A stretch of DNA of 64,000 nucleotides from Eledone cirrhosa (taxonomy: Eukaryota). Under the pieces are notes generated by a model. The model saw nothing but the letters and a program-made list of their open reading frames with translations, was not told where the DNA came from and searched no databases. Positions 13,847-27,909 of the stretch are shown in pieces. The translations under genes and the position numbers were made by a program. The stretch is taken from the NCBI GenBank assembly GCA_964016885.1, contig OZ024750.1:53816001-53880000 (forward strand). Direction: 5' to 3'. How positions within the stretch are numbered: position 1 is the first letter of the stretch; every line of letters starts with the position of its first letter.

Positions 13847-14573
13847 GCTAGAACAAACAGATGATGGCGGACATCTAAAAACATAGTGTAACGAGGCTGT
13901 TTGCTTGCAAATGAATCAGATATAATTATTATTATTCAGTATAACACTCATAAATGACGATGGCGACCTAGACGTGTTCGATCACTACCTTTTCAAACAA
14001 GATCAACTTATATAGCAATCCCATCATCAATAATTTTCCAAAAGATGGCAATGTGAATAGACCTGCTTCTGCCACTTCCCAATCTCCTCTATCTTTCCTT
14101 TTCTTCTTTAATTTCTCATTCGATTTTCTGATGAAGGACTAGCGTCCAAAACGTTGAGACCCTTTTCCTACTATATCAAGTGTAAAACTAATATATTTCT
14201 TCATTGTACTATCAATTATTTTGTTATTTGTTTGCCCCCCCCCCCTCCCCCCTGCAGCAACTACCAGCAGTTGTACTGTATTGCTGTATTGTGAGAACTG
14301 CTATGTTTATTATTATTATTACATTAATTGAAGTTATTATCTTGTATTATATATTCCAGTAGATTTAACACATAACTGCTGTAACATTGCACAAATGACT
14401 GTACCTACCTTGCAACCAACCACATATTGGTGTCAACGCCCCTCTAAACATTGGTTTTTGATGTTAAGAACCGTTCATAGTTCTGTCACCTTCAATAACA
14501 ACTGTTCAGTACAGTATTTAACTCTTCTCATACCAAACTACTTGAAACTCACTTGTTTTAAGTGTTTATAACA

Positions 14574-14818
14574 CTTAGTAGCTAATAGTATTATATGGGA
14601 GTGAGGGGTGTGGCTTAGTAGCTAATAGTATTATATGGGAGTGAGGGGTGTGGCTTAGTAGCTAATAGTATTATATGGGAGTGAGGGGTGTGGCTTAGTA
14701 GCTAATAGTATTATATGGGAGTGAGGGGTGTGGCTTAGTAGCTAATAGTATTATATGGGAGTGAGGGGTGTGGCTTAGTAGCTAATAGTATTATATGGGA
14801 GTGAAGGGGTGTGGCTAA
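14574..14818. repeat. 40-bp tandem repeat, about 6 copies
   Basis: cttagtagctaatagtattatatgggagtgaggggtgtgg. Confidence 0.92.
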
Positions 14819-15794
14819 TAGTTGGCTCCTGATTGCAAGTTTGATTCTCAATGACATAAAATTGCACAAATCAGTTTACACAGTCACCGTGTAACCACCT
14901 ATTACTCTCAACACACCTCCATACACAGTCACTGTGTAACAGCTGATGACAGTTCTCTTTACTTTGAACAGTGTTCACTATTGTATTAGGATTGGGATTT
15001 AGCTACATCCCTTTTCCCTATGTTTATTAGTGATAGTATATATGAGGTGGGAGTTAAGGTGTGTGTCTTAGTGGTTAGGGTGTTAGCTGACGGCTGCAAG
15101 ATGAGGAGTTTGATTGCCAACAGTGCAAGACACATTTCAAGTTGTTTAAGTCCACACAAATGACATGACTCGTACCTGTTATTTCATAGAACATCCTCTA
15201 CAACCATTACTAATGTAGTTACACCCATACTACTATCACAACCATAGTACCTTGCATTATGTAGGGGTAGGGGGTTGTTTCTATCAATATCGCACTCACA
15301 CTACTACCAATATCATAGTAGTACCTTCTATACTACCATCAATAACATAGCCACATCTGCCCCATACTCTAACATATAATACCTTTTATAGTAGTATCAT
15401 GTAATAAACATGTAAATCTGATCTGAACACACCTTTCACCTGCCTAGAACATTAGAGGTTGATTAAATTAACTGCAGCTCTTCTCATGTCCATATGTTAG
15501 GCACTGTTGTTGTTATATTTAGAGTGGATTGGCAGTATCTGTAAGGGGTCGTACAACATGTTTTGCAGCATAAAATTATGTCCCTTTATGTTCTGAGTTC
15601 AAATCCTGCCGAAGTTTGCCTTTCATCCTTACGGGGTCGATAAAATAAAGTACCAGTAATGTACTGGGGTCGATTTAATCGACTTTCCTCTCCCCCAAAA
15701 TTGTTAGCCTTGTGCCTAAATCACAAACCAATTTTATTGCTATAATTTCTCTGTTTATAAGAAATGAGATATGTGCTGTGTATATGTGTGCGCT

Positions 15795-15831
<37 letters not shown>

Positions 15832-16088
15832 CACTACCATGAATATCTGATTTCTTAACTTCAGGAAAGTAAATAAACTTTTTCTATCTTACATCTTCTG
15901 TGAATATTGTAGTAGCCAACTCCAGCTATTGTGAGGTTGGTATAAATAGTATGTTTTAGAGAGAGAGGGGGTGTTGTTCTTGTGTTACTTTCCACTGAAG
16001 CAACAACTAAACTACTACACATAACATACAATACACAGTTCATAACTTTACTTCATAACTTGTAACACTGACGTCAACGATGAAGTAA

Positions 16089-19068
16089 AACAGTATGTAG
16101 TGATATGTCAACACAGTATGTAGTGATATGTCAACACAATATGTAGTGATATGTCAACACAGTATGTAGTGATATGTCAACACAGTATGTAGTGATATGT
16201 CAACACAATATGTAGTGATATGTCAACACAGTATGTAGTGATATGTCAACACAGTATGTAGTGATATGTCAACACAGTATGTAGTGATATGTCAACACAG
16301 TATGTAGTGATATGTCAACACAATATGTAGTGATGTGTCAACACAGTATGTAATGATATGTCAACACAATATGTAGAAATATGTCAACACAGTATATAGT
16401 GATATCTCAACACAATATGTAGTGGTATGTCAACACAATATGTAGTGGTATGTCAACACAGTATATAGTGATATGTCAACACAATATGTAGTGATATGTC
16501 AACACATTATCTAGTGATATGTCAACACAGTATCTAGTGATATGTCAACACAATATGTAGTGGTATGTCAACGTAGTATGTAGTGATATGTCAACACAAT
16601 ATGTAGTGATATGTCAACACAGTATGTAGTGGTATGTCAACACAATATGTAGTGATATGTCAACACAGTATGTAGTGATATGTCAACACAATATGTAGTG
16701 ATATGTCAACACAGTATGTAGTGATATGTCAACACAGTATGTAGGGATATGTCAACACAATATGTAGTGGTATGCCAACACAATATGTAGTGATATGTCA
16801 ACACAGTATATAGTGATATGTCAACACAATATGTAGTGATATGTCAACACAATATGTAGTGATATGTCAACACAATATGTAGTGATATGTCAACACAGTA
16901 TGTAGTGCTATGTCAACACAATATGTAGTGATATGTCAACACAATATGTAGTGATATGTCAACACAGTATGTAGTGATGTGTCAACACAATATGTAGTGA
17001 TATGTCAACACAGTATGTAGGGATATGTCAACACAGTATGTAGGGATATGTCAACACAGTATGTAGTGATATGTCAACACAATATGTAGGGGTATGTCAA
17101 CACAATATGTAGGGGTATGTCAACACAATATGTAGTGGTATGTCAACACAGTATGTAGTGATATGTCAACACAGTATGTAGTGATATGTCAACACAATAT
17201 GTAGTGATATGTCAACACAATGTGTAGTGATATGTCAACACAGTATGTAGTGATATGTCAACACAATATGTAGTGATATGTCAACACAGTATGTAGGGAT
17301 ATGTCAACACAGTATGTAGGGATATGTCAACACAGTATGTAGTGATATGTCAACACAATATGTAGGGGTATGTCAACACAATATGTAGGGGTATGTCAAC
17401 ACAGTATGTAGTGATATGTCAACACAGTATGTAGTGATATGTCAACACAATATGTAGTGATATGTCAACACAATGTGTAGTGATATGTCAACACAGTATG
17501 TAGTGATGTGTCAACACAATATGTAGTGATATGTCAACACAGTATGTAGGGATATGTCAACACAGTATGTAGTGATATGTCAACACAATATGTAGTGATA
17601 TGTCAACACAGTATGTAGGGATATGTCAACACAGTATGTAGTGATATGTCAACACAGTATGTAGTGATATGTCAACACAATATGTAGTGATATGTCAACA
17701 CAGTATGTAGGGATATGTCAACACAGTATGTAGTGATATGTCAACACAGTATGTAGTGATATGTCAACACAATATGTAGTGATATGTCAACACAGTATGT
17801 AGGGATATGTCAACACAGTATGTAGTGATATGCCAGCACAATATGTAGTGATATGCCAACACAATATGTAGTGATATGTCAACGTAGTATGTAGTGATAT
17901 GTCAACACAATATGTCATCATCATCATTCGTCGACTACTGTCGAGATGATGGATCTCACTCTCATGCCCCAGAATTCCCTGTCCCCCATCGCTGCCCCCA
18001 GGTCCTGTCTACTGATTCCCGTATCCCTAGAGATAACGTCAGGGAATGACAGCTTCCTACTCCTAGTCAGGCTGGAGTCAGGGTTCCAGAGCAAGAGAGC
18101 GGATATGATTTCATTGCTGGCACCTTGACAGTGGCCAGCAAATTGAGCTCTCCGGGATTTTAGAAGGGCAGAGGCTCGAGGGAGTTTGCCATAGATTTTA
18201 GACAAGGTGGGATGTCGTTTCCAGGATAGGTTTTGCACTCTCATTAAGAGGCGGGTATATGTGCCATCCAATCTCCTCTCAAGTTGTGATATTAGTGTCC
18301 AAGTTTCGGATCCATAAAGTAATATGGGCTTAATGGTTGCTTGGAATATTTCCAGTTTTAGCTTGTTGGTAAGTTGAGATGTCCATATGGCGTGCATGTT
18401 ATTGCACGCTGACCATGCCATACCCTTCCTGGCTAGAAAATCTTTTTTGGAGGAGGAGATATATGAGCCAAGATACTTGTAATCTTCCACCTGCTTAAGG
18501 GTGGTACCATTAAGGGTTCTGATGGGGTAGTTTGGGCTGTTTGCGCATCTGTTCACATACTCAGTCTTGGATTCATTGAGGTACAGTCCAACACAGTTGG
18601 ACGCTTGCTCTAATGACTTCAAAAGACTCTCAGCATTTTCCAGTGACCGACTCGTCAATGCAATGTCGTCAGCAAAGTCGGTGTCGGTCAAGTATTTTGC
18701 TGGGTAGCGTGAGCTTCTCCTAGGCTGTAGTTGGTATCCCCTATCCTGAATCCTATCCACAGACATGCGCAAAACATAATCCACAACAATGATAAATAGT
18801 GATATGTCAACACAATATGTAGTGATATGTCAACACAATATGTAGTGATATGTCAACACAATATGTAGTGATATGTCAACACAATATGTAGTGATATGTC
18901 AACACAGTATGTAGTGATATGTCAACACAATATGTAGTGATATGTCAACACAGTATGTAGTGATATGTCAACACAGTATGTAGTGATATGTCAACACAGT
19001 ATGTAGTGATATGTCAACACAGTATGTAGTGATATGTCAACACAGTATGTAGTGGTGATATGTCAACA
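16089..19068. repeat. 23-bp minisatellite array interrupted by a LINE
   Basis: acacagtatgtagtgatatgtca. Confidence 0.95.
17915..18796 (-). mobile_element. 5'-truncated RTE-type LINE with intact 286-aa frame and (GAT)n tail, inserted in a 23-bp satellite
   Basis: DTDFADDIAL, YKYLGS, LLYGSETW motifs; tcatcatca tail. Confidence 0.92.
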
Positions 19069-20327
19069 GGAAAGTAACAGTCTGTAGTGACATGAAGGTA
19101 TGTGATCTAGTAGTTAGGGTGTAGTCATGGTTATAAGGTCATGAGTTTGATTCCTGGACCAGGTAGCACCTCGTGTTTTTGAGCACTTCATTTCATGATA
19201 GGACTGGAGGCCCTTATCATTAACCCTTTTTGTTACCATATTTCTAATGAAAGACACTGCCTATGATTTTCAATTAATATTGAAAATAATCAACAATTGG
19301 GAGGCATTTTGTAATAGTTTCTTATTATTGGTTAGTTTTGGGAATATAACAAAGTTTCTTACATAAAATTATGATGGAAGATTTTCAAATAAATATAAAC
19401 ACTTGAAAATAAAGTTTTCTGTCATATAACCAAAGAGAGTTTCAGACAGTTTGCTATTAAATGGCTTAAAACAACCAAAAAAACCTCCTATGAGATTAAC
19501 CTTGTATGAGGCCAGCTCGCTCACACAGTAAATGTGGTTGGCTTTGGGAAGGGCATCCAGCCATAGAAACCAAGCCAGAATCAGTTCTGTGTGACACTGT
19601 CATCTGACCTGGTTTGTCTCACATTAGGACAACTCGTCAAACCCATGCTAGAGTGGAAAAATGGACATTAAACGATAATGATGATGTGTGAGCTGTAAAT
19701 GTTATTTAATTTCATATGTAGCCATATAGCGAGATGTCAGCACTCACTGAGCACTCAGAGAGAGGATACATACCTTTAATTGATGTTGACAGATCACCTG
19801 AAAACTGTATCAGTGAGATGCACATGTTTTAACAAATAGATAGATGGATGCTCTCTCAGTACTCTAAACTATTCATCTATAAATTTGAGGTGTTGCCTAT
19901 TTTTGTGGGGGCTGGAGGTGTATATAAGACAGAAGCAGATAGTGTGTCCCTATTTTTGTGGGGGTGGAGGCAAGGGGAGAGCAATATAAGACAGAAGCAG
20001 ATAGGAAAAAAATTGTTAAATGTATTACAGATAATTTAAACCATTATACTTAGTTATTTGTCTTTTTGACCATTCTGTACCATATTTCTAATGATTTTGA
20101 GAATCTTGAACAATTTGAAGGGATTTAGTAATATAAGTTTCTCATTATTAAGCTGATGTTTGGAACATAGCTTAACAACGGTTCTTGCATAGGATTATGC
20201 ATATCATATATTCTCTCTCTTTCAATCCTTTACCTCACACTTTATGATATTAATACATAATTTACAATGTTCTTGCATAAGTTATTTCTGCACAGTTTAC
20301 GATTTACTGCTAAGATAATGATCTTAT

Positions 20328-20817
20328 TGCACAGTTTATGATGTTACTGCACAGTTTATGATGTTACTGCTCAGTTTATGATGTTACTGCACAGTTTATG
20401 ATGTTACTGCACAGTTTATGATGTTACTGCACAGTTTATGATGTTACTGCACAGTTTATGAAGTTACTGCACAGTTTATGATGTTACTGCACTGTTTATG
20501 ATGTTACTGCACTGTTTATGATGTTACTGCACAGTTTATGATGTTACTGCACAGTTTATGAAGTTACTGTACAGTTTATGAAGTTACTGCACAGTTTATG
20601 ATGTTACTGCACAGTTTATGATGTTACTGCACAGTTTATGATGTTACTGCACAGTTTATGATGTTACTGCACAGTTTATGAAATTACTGCACAGTTTATG
20701 ATGTTACTGCACAGTTTATGAAGTTACTGCACAGTTTATGAAGTTACTGCACAGTTTATGATGTTACTGCACAGTTTATGATGTTACTGCACAGTTTATG
20801 ATGTTACTGCACAGTTT
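20328..20817. repeat. 20-bp tandem repeat, about 24 copies
   Basis: tgcacagtttatgatgttac. Confidence 0.95.
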
Positions 20818-21037
20818 AAATTTTGTGTTTTGCTGTGATATCTCAGTTGTTTGTGCTGTTTTCTGAAAAACTAGTTAATTATTGTAATATTGTCAGTGTG
20901 AGTTTTGGTGTTTGGGTGTGATATGTTGACATGTTTGAACTTCATATAATGTCGATTTTCTTTTGTTTTAGTAGTCGGGGGTGGCTATCCCATTTTAGTT
21001 TCTATTTAAAATGTTTCTTAAATATCTATCTCTGTGT

Positions 21038-21172
21038 TTGGCCTAGTGGGCTGATGGTGTTGGCCTAGTGGGCTGATGGTGTTGGCCTAGTGGGCTGATG
21101 GTGTTGGCCTAGTGGGCTGATGGTCATGGCCTAGTGGGCTGCTGGTCACGGGCTAGTGGACTGCTGGTCACG
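21038..21172. repeat. 22-bp tandem repeat, about 5-6 copies
   Basis: tggcctagtgggctgatggtgt. Confidence 0.85.
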
Positions 21173-21583
21173 GGTTAAATTTTTAGATCTGATGTCACAT
21201 TGTATCCTTTAACAAGTTACATCATTTCACATTGTGCCAGCTAACTCAGGTTTCCAAGGTTCATAAATTATATTACCAGTCACATACTGGGGTCAATGTA
21301 ATCAAATTTCCCTCCCCAACAAATTGTTGGCCTTGTGCCTTAATTAGAAGCCTTTAGGGCAGTAGGTTGGTAGTTCCGGTAGTGTATCAGACGCTTCACG
21401 GCATAGTTACGGCCCTTTACATTCAAATCCTGCCATGGTTAACCCTGCTTTTTGTTCTTATGAGATCAATAAAATAAACTGCCAGTAACATACTAGGATC
21501 GATTTAATTGACTTTTCCCTTCCCCCAAATTGCTGGCCTTGTGCCTACATCAGAAAACATTATTAAGAAAAAGATCCAGTTCG

Positions 21584-21668
21584 GAGGGTAGGGCTGGGTT
21601 GTAAGAGGGTAGGGCTGGGTTGTAAGAGGGTAGGGCTGGGTTGTAAAAGGGTAGGGCTGGGTTGTAAG
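21584..21668 (+). repeat. 21-bp G-tract tandem repeat, 4 copies
   Basis: gagggtagggctgggttgtaa. Confidence 0.9.
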
Positions 21669-21751
21669 ACAAAAGAAATTTGAAGTAAAAATTATTACAT
21701 ATGAAATAAATTTTCTAATAATTTTTTATATTATATATATATATATATAAA

Positions 21752-21873
<122 letters not shown>

Positions 21874-22415
21874 CATATACACATATATATATATAGGTGA
21901 ATTGGCAGTATCGGTAGAGGGTTGGATGCCATGCTTTCTAGCACAGTTACATCCCTTTACGGTCTGAGTTCAAATCCCGTCGAGGTTAACTTTCCCTTTC
22001 ATCCTTACGGGGTCGATAAAATAAAGTACCACTGGGATAATTGCTGGCCTTGTGTCAAAAGTAGAAACAATTATTACTACTACTACTACTACAACTTCAG
22101 TGTGTGGCTTATAAACCTGCTGCTGTGGTGCATTTGTTGACTAACATGAAATGTATTGCTGAGATATACTAAACCATGGGATCCTAACCTTTTTCACCCC
22201 ATTTACCAAATGGTAACTTATTGAAAGTAACTTTGTCTCCACCCTGTCTTGCTCAGTAAATTTCTGTTTCCATCACTACCATAACACAGCAACTGATAAA
22301 GGGGAAATCTTAAAATATTGTTTTTTTAAACATTATTATTTTAGGTTTATATAACAATAATAGCACAAAACAATCTTATTTATTTACTAATGAATAATTG
22401 ATAATGAACAAATAG

Positions 22416-23808
22416 CAGTAGTAGGACTAAATACGGTCAGTTAATGTGAACAACTAATGGTGAAGAGGTACCTGTAGCAGGACTAAATACGGTCAGTTAA
22501 TGTGAACAACTAATGGTGAAGAGGTACCAGTAGTAGGACTAAATACGGTCAGTTAATGTGAACAACTAATGGTGAAGAGGTACCTGTAGTAGGACTAAAT
22601 ACAGTCAGCTAATGTGAACTAATGGTGAAGAGGTACCAGTAGTAGGACTAAATAGTCAGTTAATGTGAACAACTAATAGTGAAGAGGTACCAGTAGTAGG
22701 ACTAAATAGTCAGCTAATGTGAACAACTAATAGTGAAGAGGTACCAGTAGTAGGACTAAATAGTCAGTTAATGTGAACAACTATTAGTGAAGAGGTACCA
22801 GTAGTAGGACTAAATAGTCAGTTAATGTGAACAACTAATAGTGAAGAGGTACCAGTAGTAGGACTAAATAGTCAGCTAATGTGAACAACTAATAGTGAAG
22901 AGGTACCAGTAGTAGGACTAAATAGTCAGTTAATGTGAACAACTAATAGTGAAGAGGTACCAGTAGTAGGACTAAATAGTCAGCTAATGTGAACAACTAA
23001 TAGTGAAGAGGTACCAGTAGTAGGACTAAATAGTCAGTTAATGTGAACAACTAATAGTGAAGAGGTACCAGTAGTAGGACTAAATAGTCAGCTAATGTGA
23101 ACAACTAATAGTGAAGAGGTACCAGTAGTAGGACTAAATAGTCAGCTAATGTGAACAACTAATAGTGAAGAGGTACCAGTAGTAGGACTAAATAGTCAGC
23201 TAATGTGAACAACTAATAGTGAAGAGGTACCAGTAGTAGGACTAAATAGTCAGTTAATGTGAACAACTAATAGTGAAGAGGTACCAGTAGTAGGACTAAA
23301 TACAGTCAGTTAATGTGAACAACTAATGGTGAAGAGGTACCAGTAGTAGGACTAAATAGTCAGCTAATGTGAACAACTAATAGTGAAGAGGTACCAGTAG
23401 TAGGACTAAATACAGTCAGCTAATGTGAACAACTAATGGTGAAGAGGTACCAGTAGTAGGACTAAATACAGTCAGTTAATGTGAACAACTAATGGTGAAG
23501 AGGTACCAGTAGTAGGACTAAATAATCAGTTAATGTGAACTAGTGGTGAAGAGGTACCAGTAGTAGGACTAAATACAGTCAGCTAATGTGAACTAATGGT
23601 GAAGAGGTACCTGTAGTAGGACTAAATAGTCAGTTAATGTGAACTAATGGTGAAGAGGTACCAGTAGTAGGACTAAATACAGTCAGTTAATGTGAACAAC
23701 TAATGGTGAAGAGGTACCAGTAGTAGGACTAAATACAGTCAGTTAATGTGAACAACTAATGGTGAAGAGGTACCAGTAGTAGGACTAAATACAGTCAGTT
23801 AATGTGAA
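22416..23808. repeat. 54/56-bp minisatellite, about 25 copies
   Basis: cagtagtaggactaaat(ac)agtcagttaatgtgaacaactaatagtgaagaggtac. Confidence 0.95.
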
Positions 23809-24180
23809 GAGACATCAGTACTATGGCCAAATACACTCTGTCAATGAGATTCAAATAGACTTCAAATTTCTTCTCACCTTAATATTGCTTTTAATTATAA
23901 CTGTAAAAAAAATGTACAAATCCAGAATCAACAAAATTATCTCTTGAGTTGGTGAAATTTAACCCCTGTGGGTAAAGTTGGAACTGAGGGATATCATTAA
24001 AATACCCAAGAAATGTCCTATGAGATGCAGCCTACATAGATGTGAACAAAAAGTTGAAAACAAACCTTGTTTTGGTTAACTTTTTCTGTGGTATTGACTG
24101 AACCCTGATGAAGTTTTATTTCATTATTTTTCACAATATTCATAATAATCAGGGTTTTTTTTTCTTTTCAATATTCACAG

Positions 24181-24380
24181 GAACAAACTGAGCCTGGTTC
24201 AGCTTCTGCCTCTTCATTATCTCAAACTGGCACTAGCAGCAGCGCCACTAGTACGACTGCTGCTACTACTGCTGCTGGAAATGGAGATCAAGGAGATACA
24301 AGAGAGGGGTCAACTGGAGGTGGTGGAAGTGTAGGAGGAGGAGATGTGTCAAATAAAGAAAAATATGTTCTAAAAAGAAA
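24181..24380 (+). CDS. Trio/Kalirin-like exon: Ser/Thr/Gly-rich linker ending EKYVLKR (start of DH2)
   Basis: cacAG acceptor after a T tract, GTAAGT donor, 200 nt open frame, phase 0/2 fits both neighbours. Confidence 0.9.
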
Positions 24381-24513
24381 GTAAGTAGTGACAAGAGTGC
24401 AACTCTCGACTGTTTCTACATAAATATTTCCTTCTATGATATTGTTATACCAGTAATTTGAGGCAGGACACAGGACCACAGATTTTAACAGGGGTTTAAC
24501 TATGTATATAGAG

Positions 24514-25018
24514 GAATCTCCCTGAGAACTGTGTCACATATTCAAACATGATATTATTATAAACATTAATGGTGTGTCTTGCTGAATCTCCCTGAGAACT
24601 ATGTCACATATTCACACATGATATTGTTATAAACATTAATGGTGGGTCTTGCTGAATCTCCCTGAGAACTGCGTCACATATTCACACATGATACTATTAT
24701 AAACATTAAGTGTGTGTCTTGCTGAGTCTCCCTGAGAACTATGTCACATATTCACACGATATTGTTATAAACATTAATGGTGTGTCTTGCTGAATCTCCC
24801 TGAGAACTATGTCACATATTCAAACATGATATTGTTATAAACATTAATGGTGTGTCTTGCTGAATCTCCCTGAGAACTATGTCACATATTCAAACATGAT
24901 ATTGTTATAAACATTAATGGTGTGTCTTGCTGAATCTCCCTGAGAACTATGTCACATATTCACACGATATTGTTATAAACATTAATTTAATGAGGTGTCT
25001 AGCGGAATCTCCCTGAGA
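24514..25018. repeat. About 70-bp tandem repeat, about 7 copies
   Basis: gaatctccctgagaactatgtcacatattc...gtgtcttgct. Confidence 0.92.
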
Positions 25019-25162
25019 TCTTTGTTAAGGTTACACATGGGAATGTTGCAGGTTCACATGTAGGTTGTTTCATTGGTCAAACAACTGAAACACTTGTCAA
25101 ACACACACACTCACATACACACTTACACAAATACAAACACGTACACACACACACAAACTTTA

Positions 25163-26768
25163 AACATTATTTTAAATATAATATATGGTAGACTGTAATA
25201 GTAACATTACTTTAAATATAATATATGGTAGACTGTAATAGTAACATTACTTTAAATATAATATATGGTAGACTGTAATAGTAACATTACTTTGAATATA
25301 ATATATGGTAGACTGTAATAGTAACATTACTTTGAATATAATATATGGTAGACTGTAATAGTAACATTACTTTGAATATAATATATGGTAGACTGTAATA
25401 GTAACATTACTTTAAATATAATATATGGTAGACTGTAATAGTAACATTACTTTGAATATAATATATGGTAGACTGTAATAGTAACATTACTTTAAATATA
25501 ATATATGGTAGACTGTAATAGTAACATTACTTTGAATATAATATATGGTAGACTGTAATAGTAACATTACTTTAAATATAATATATGGTAGACTGTAATA
25601 GTAACATTACTTTAAATATAATATATGGTAGACTGTAATAGTAACATTACTTTGAATATAATATATGGTAGACTGTAATAATAACATTACTTTAAATATA
25701 ATATATGGTAGACTGTAATAGTAACATTACTTTAAATATAATATATGGTAGACTGTAATAGTAACATTACTTTGAATATAATATATGGTAGACTGTAATA
25801 GTAACATTACTTTAAATATAATATATGGTAGACTGTAATAGTAACATTACTTTAAATATAATATATGGTAGACTGTAATAGTAACATTACTTTGAATATA
25901 ATATATGGTAGACTGTAATAATAACATTACTTTGAATATAATATATGGTAGACTGTAATAGTAACATTACTTTAAATATAATATATGGTAGACTGTAATA
26001 GTAACATTACTTTGAATATAATATATGGTAGACTGTAATAGTAACATTACTTTAAATATAATATATGGTAGACTGTAATAGTAACATTACTTTGAATATA
26101 ATATATGGTAGACTGTAATAATAACATTACTTTGAATATAATATATGGTAGACTGTAATAGTAACATTACTTTAAATATAATATATGGTAGACTGTAATA
26201 GTAACATTACTTTGAATATAATATATGGTAGACTGTAATAGCAACATTACTTTAAATATAATATATGGTAGACTGTAATAGTAACATTACTTTGAATATA
26301 ATATATGGTAGACTGTAATAGTAACATTACTTTAAATATAATATATGGTAGACTGTAATAGTAACATTACTTTAAATATAATATATGGTAGACTGTAATA
26401 GTAACATTACTTTGAATATAATATATGGTAGACTGTAATAATAACATTACTTTGAATATAATATATGGTAGACTGTAATAGTAACATTACTTTAAATATA
26501 ATATATGGTAGACTGTAATAGTAACATTACTTTGAATATAATATATGGTAGACTGTAATAGTAACATTACTTTAAATATAATATATGGTAGACTGTAATA
26601 GTAACATTACTTTGAATATAATATATGGTAGACTGTAATAGTAACATTACTTTAAATATAATATATGGTAGACTGTAATAGTAACATTACTTTAAATATA
26701 ATATATGGTAGACTGTAATAGTAACATTACTTTGAATATAATATATGGTAGACTGTAATAGTAACATT
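25163..26768. repeat. 40-bp minisatellite, about 40 highly homogeneous copies
   Basis: aacattacttt(a/g)aatataatatatggtagactgtaatagt. Confidence 0.96.
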
Positions 26769-26819
26769 TGATTAACTGGGAACTATTTCTGTTGTTTCTT
26801 GGAAACTTTAACATCTTCA

Positions 26820-27104
26820 ACATCACCATAACCACAACTACCACCACCACAACCACAACCACAACTACCACAACCACCACCACAACTACCATCACCACAA
26901 CTACCACCACCACCACAACTACCATCACCACCACAACTACCATCACCACAACTACCATCACCACCACAACTACCATCACCACCACCACAACTACCACTAC
27001 CATCACAACAACTACCACCACCACAACTACCACCACCACCACAACTACCACCACCACCACCAAAACTACCATCACCACAACTACCACTACCGCTATCATC
27101 ATCA
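26820..27104. repeat. (ACC/ACA/ACT)n trinucleotide tract
   Basis: Direct inspection; ends about 40 nt upstream of the 27143 acceptor. Confidence 0.92.
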
Positions 27105-27142
27105 AGGTGTTCCTATACAATGTATATTTCTCTTATTTGCAG

Positions 27143-27209
27143 CTATGTGATAAAAGAGTTGGTTGAAACAGAGAGAGAGTATGTGAAAGACCTCGGTCTT
27201 ATTATTGAG
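27143..27209 (+). CDS. DH domain exon (NYVIKELVETEREYVKDLGLIIE)
   Basis: DH CR1 motif ELVETERxYVxDL; ttgcAG / GTAAGT; phase 2/0. Confidence 0.96.
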
Positions 27210-27312
27210 GTAAGTAGCTAACATAGAGAGACAGATCACCTCCTTTCCAACAATGCTTATTGTCTGTCTATATCTTTAATGTGTGTGTGTATGTAGCTAT
27301 ATCTTTCAAAGA

Positions 27313-27900
27313 TACTAGCAGAGGTACCCGGCGTTGCTCGGGTATTAAATAGCAGTTGTGTATACCATTTATGTCAATACTTCAGTGCTGCTTCGAAAAC
27401 TATACTTTTACAAAATCATCGGCTTTTTCCAAAAGGGGGTCCCTGCCCCCAGGGGTCCCCTACTCAATATGTGCCAATTCTGAGAGTTCACATTCATCTG
27501 TAGGACAAACGTAGCCCATGTGTCAAGTTTTGTGAAAATTTGTTGCGAACCCCAGAAGTTATGACTTTTTGTTGCATTACACTGCAGTTCTTCAGTCGAC
27601 TCCAAGGAAGTGGTTAAAGGGGGTTATCTGCCAGGAGGCCCTATAATCTGGAAAAATGAAAGTGCCCATGACCATTTCGAGTACATAAGTAATCTATGTC
27701 TTAAGTGCTTGCGTGTGTGGGTGTGTATGTATTTGTGTGTGCGTATGTATGTGTATGTCCGTCGGAGCATACGTATGTACTGGCCTATATCTTCACTATT
27801 TACTTTTACTATTTTAATAACCTCTGTCATTTTCGTTTTCAATTTTATTTACATCATTCTTAAACTCCGGGGCTGGAAATCAGTCTGTTATGTTAAATAG
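27313..27900 (+). mobile_element. Non-autonomous Helitron/Helentron-like element (right boundary uncertain)
   Basis: Terminal tactagcagaggTACCCGgcgttgctCGGGTA hairpin plus internal microsatellite. Confidence 0.4.
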
Positions 27901-27909
27901 AATATTAGT

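Noticed and set aside
14128-14158. CTGATGA-aGGAC tagc GTCC-aAAAC-GTT
   Set aside because: Probably a decayed PLE-type HHR, but G12 is mutated and stem I is unconvincing; not counted
24101-24177. aaccctgatga...atcagggtt near the 24181 acceptor as an HHR
   Set aside because: Short inverted repeat only; no GAAAC/GTH half
26692-27166. Poly-Thr mucin-like / poly-Val ORFs
   Set aside because: Trinucleotide tract out of frame with the DH exon; the flanking exons already join in phase without it
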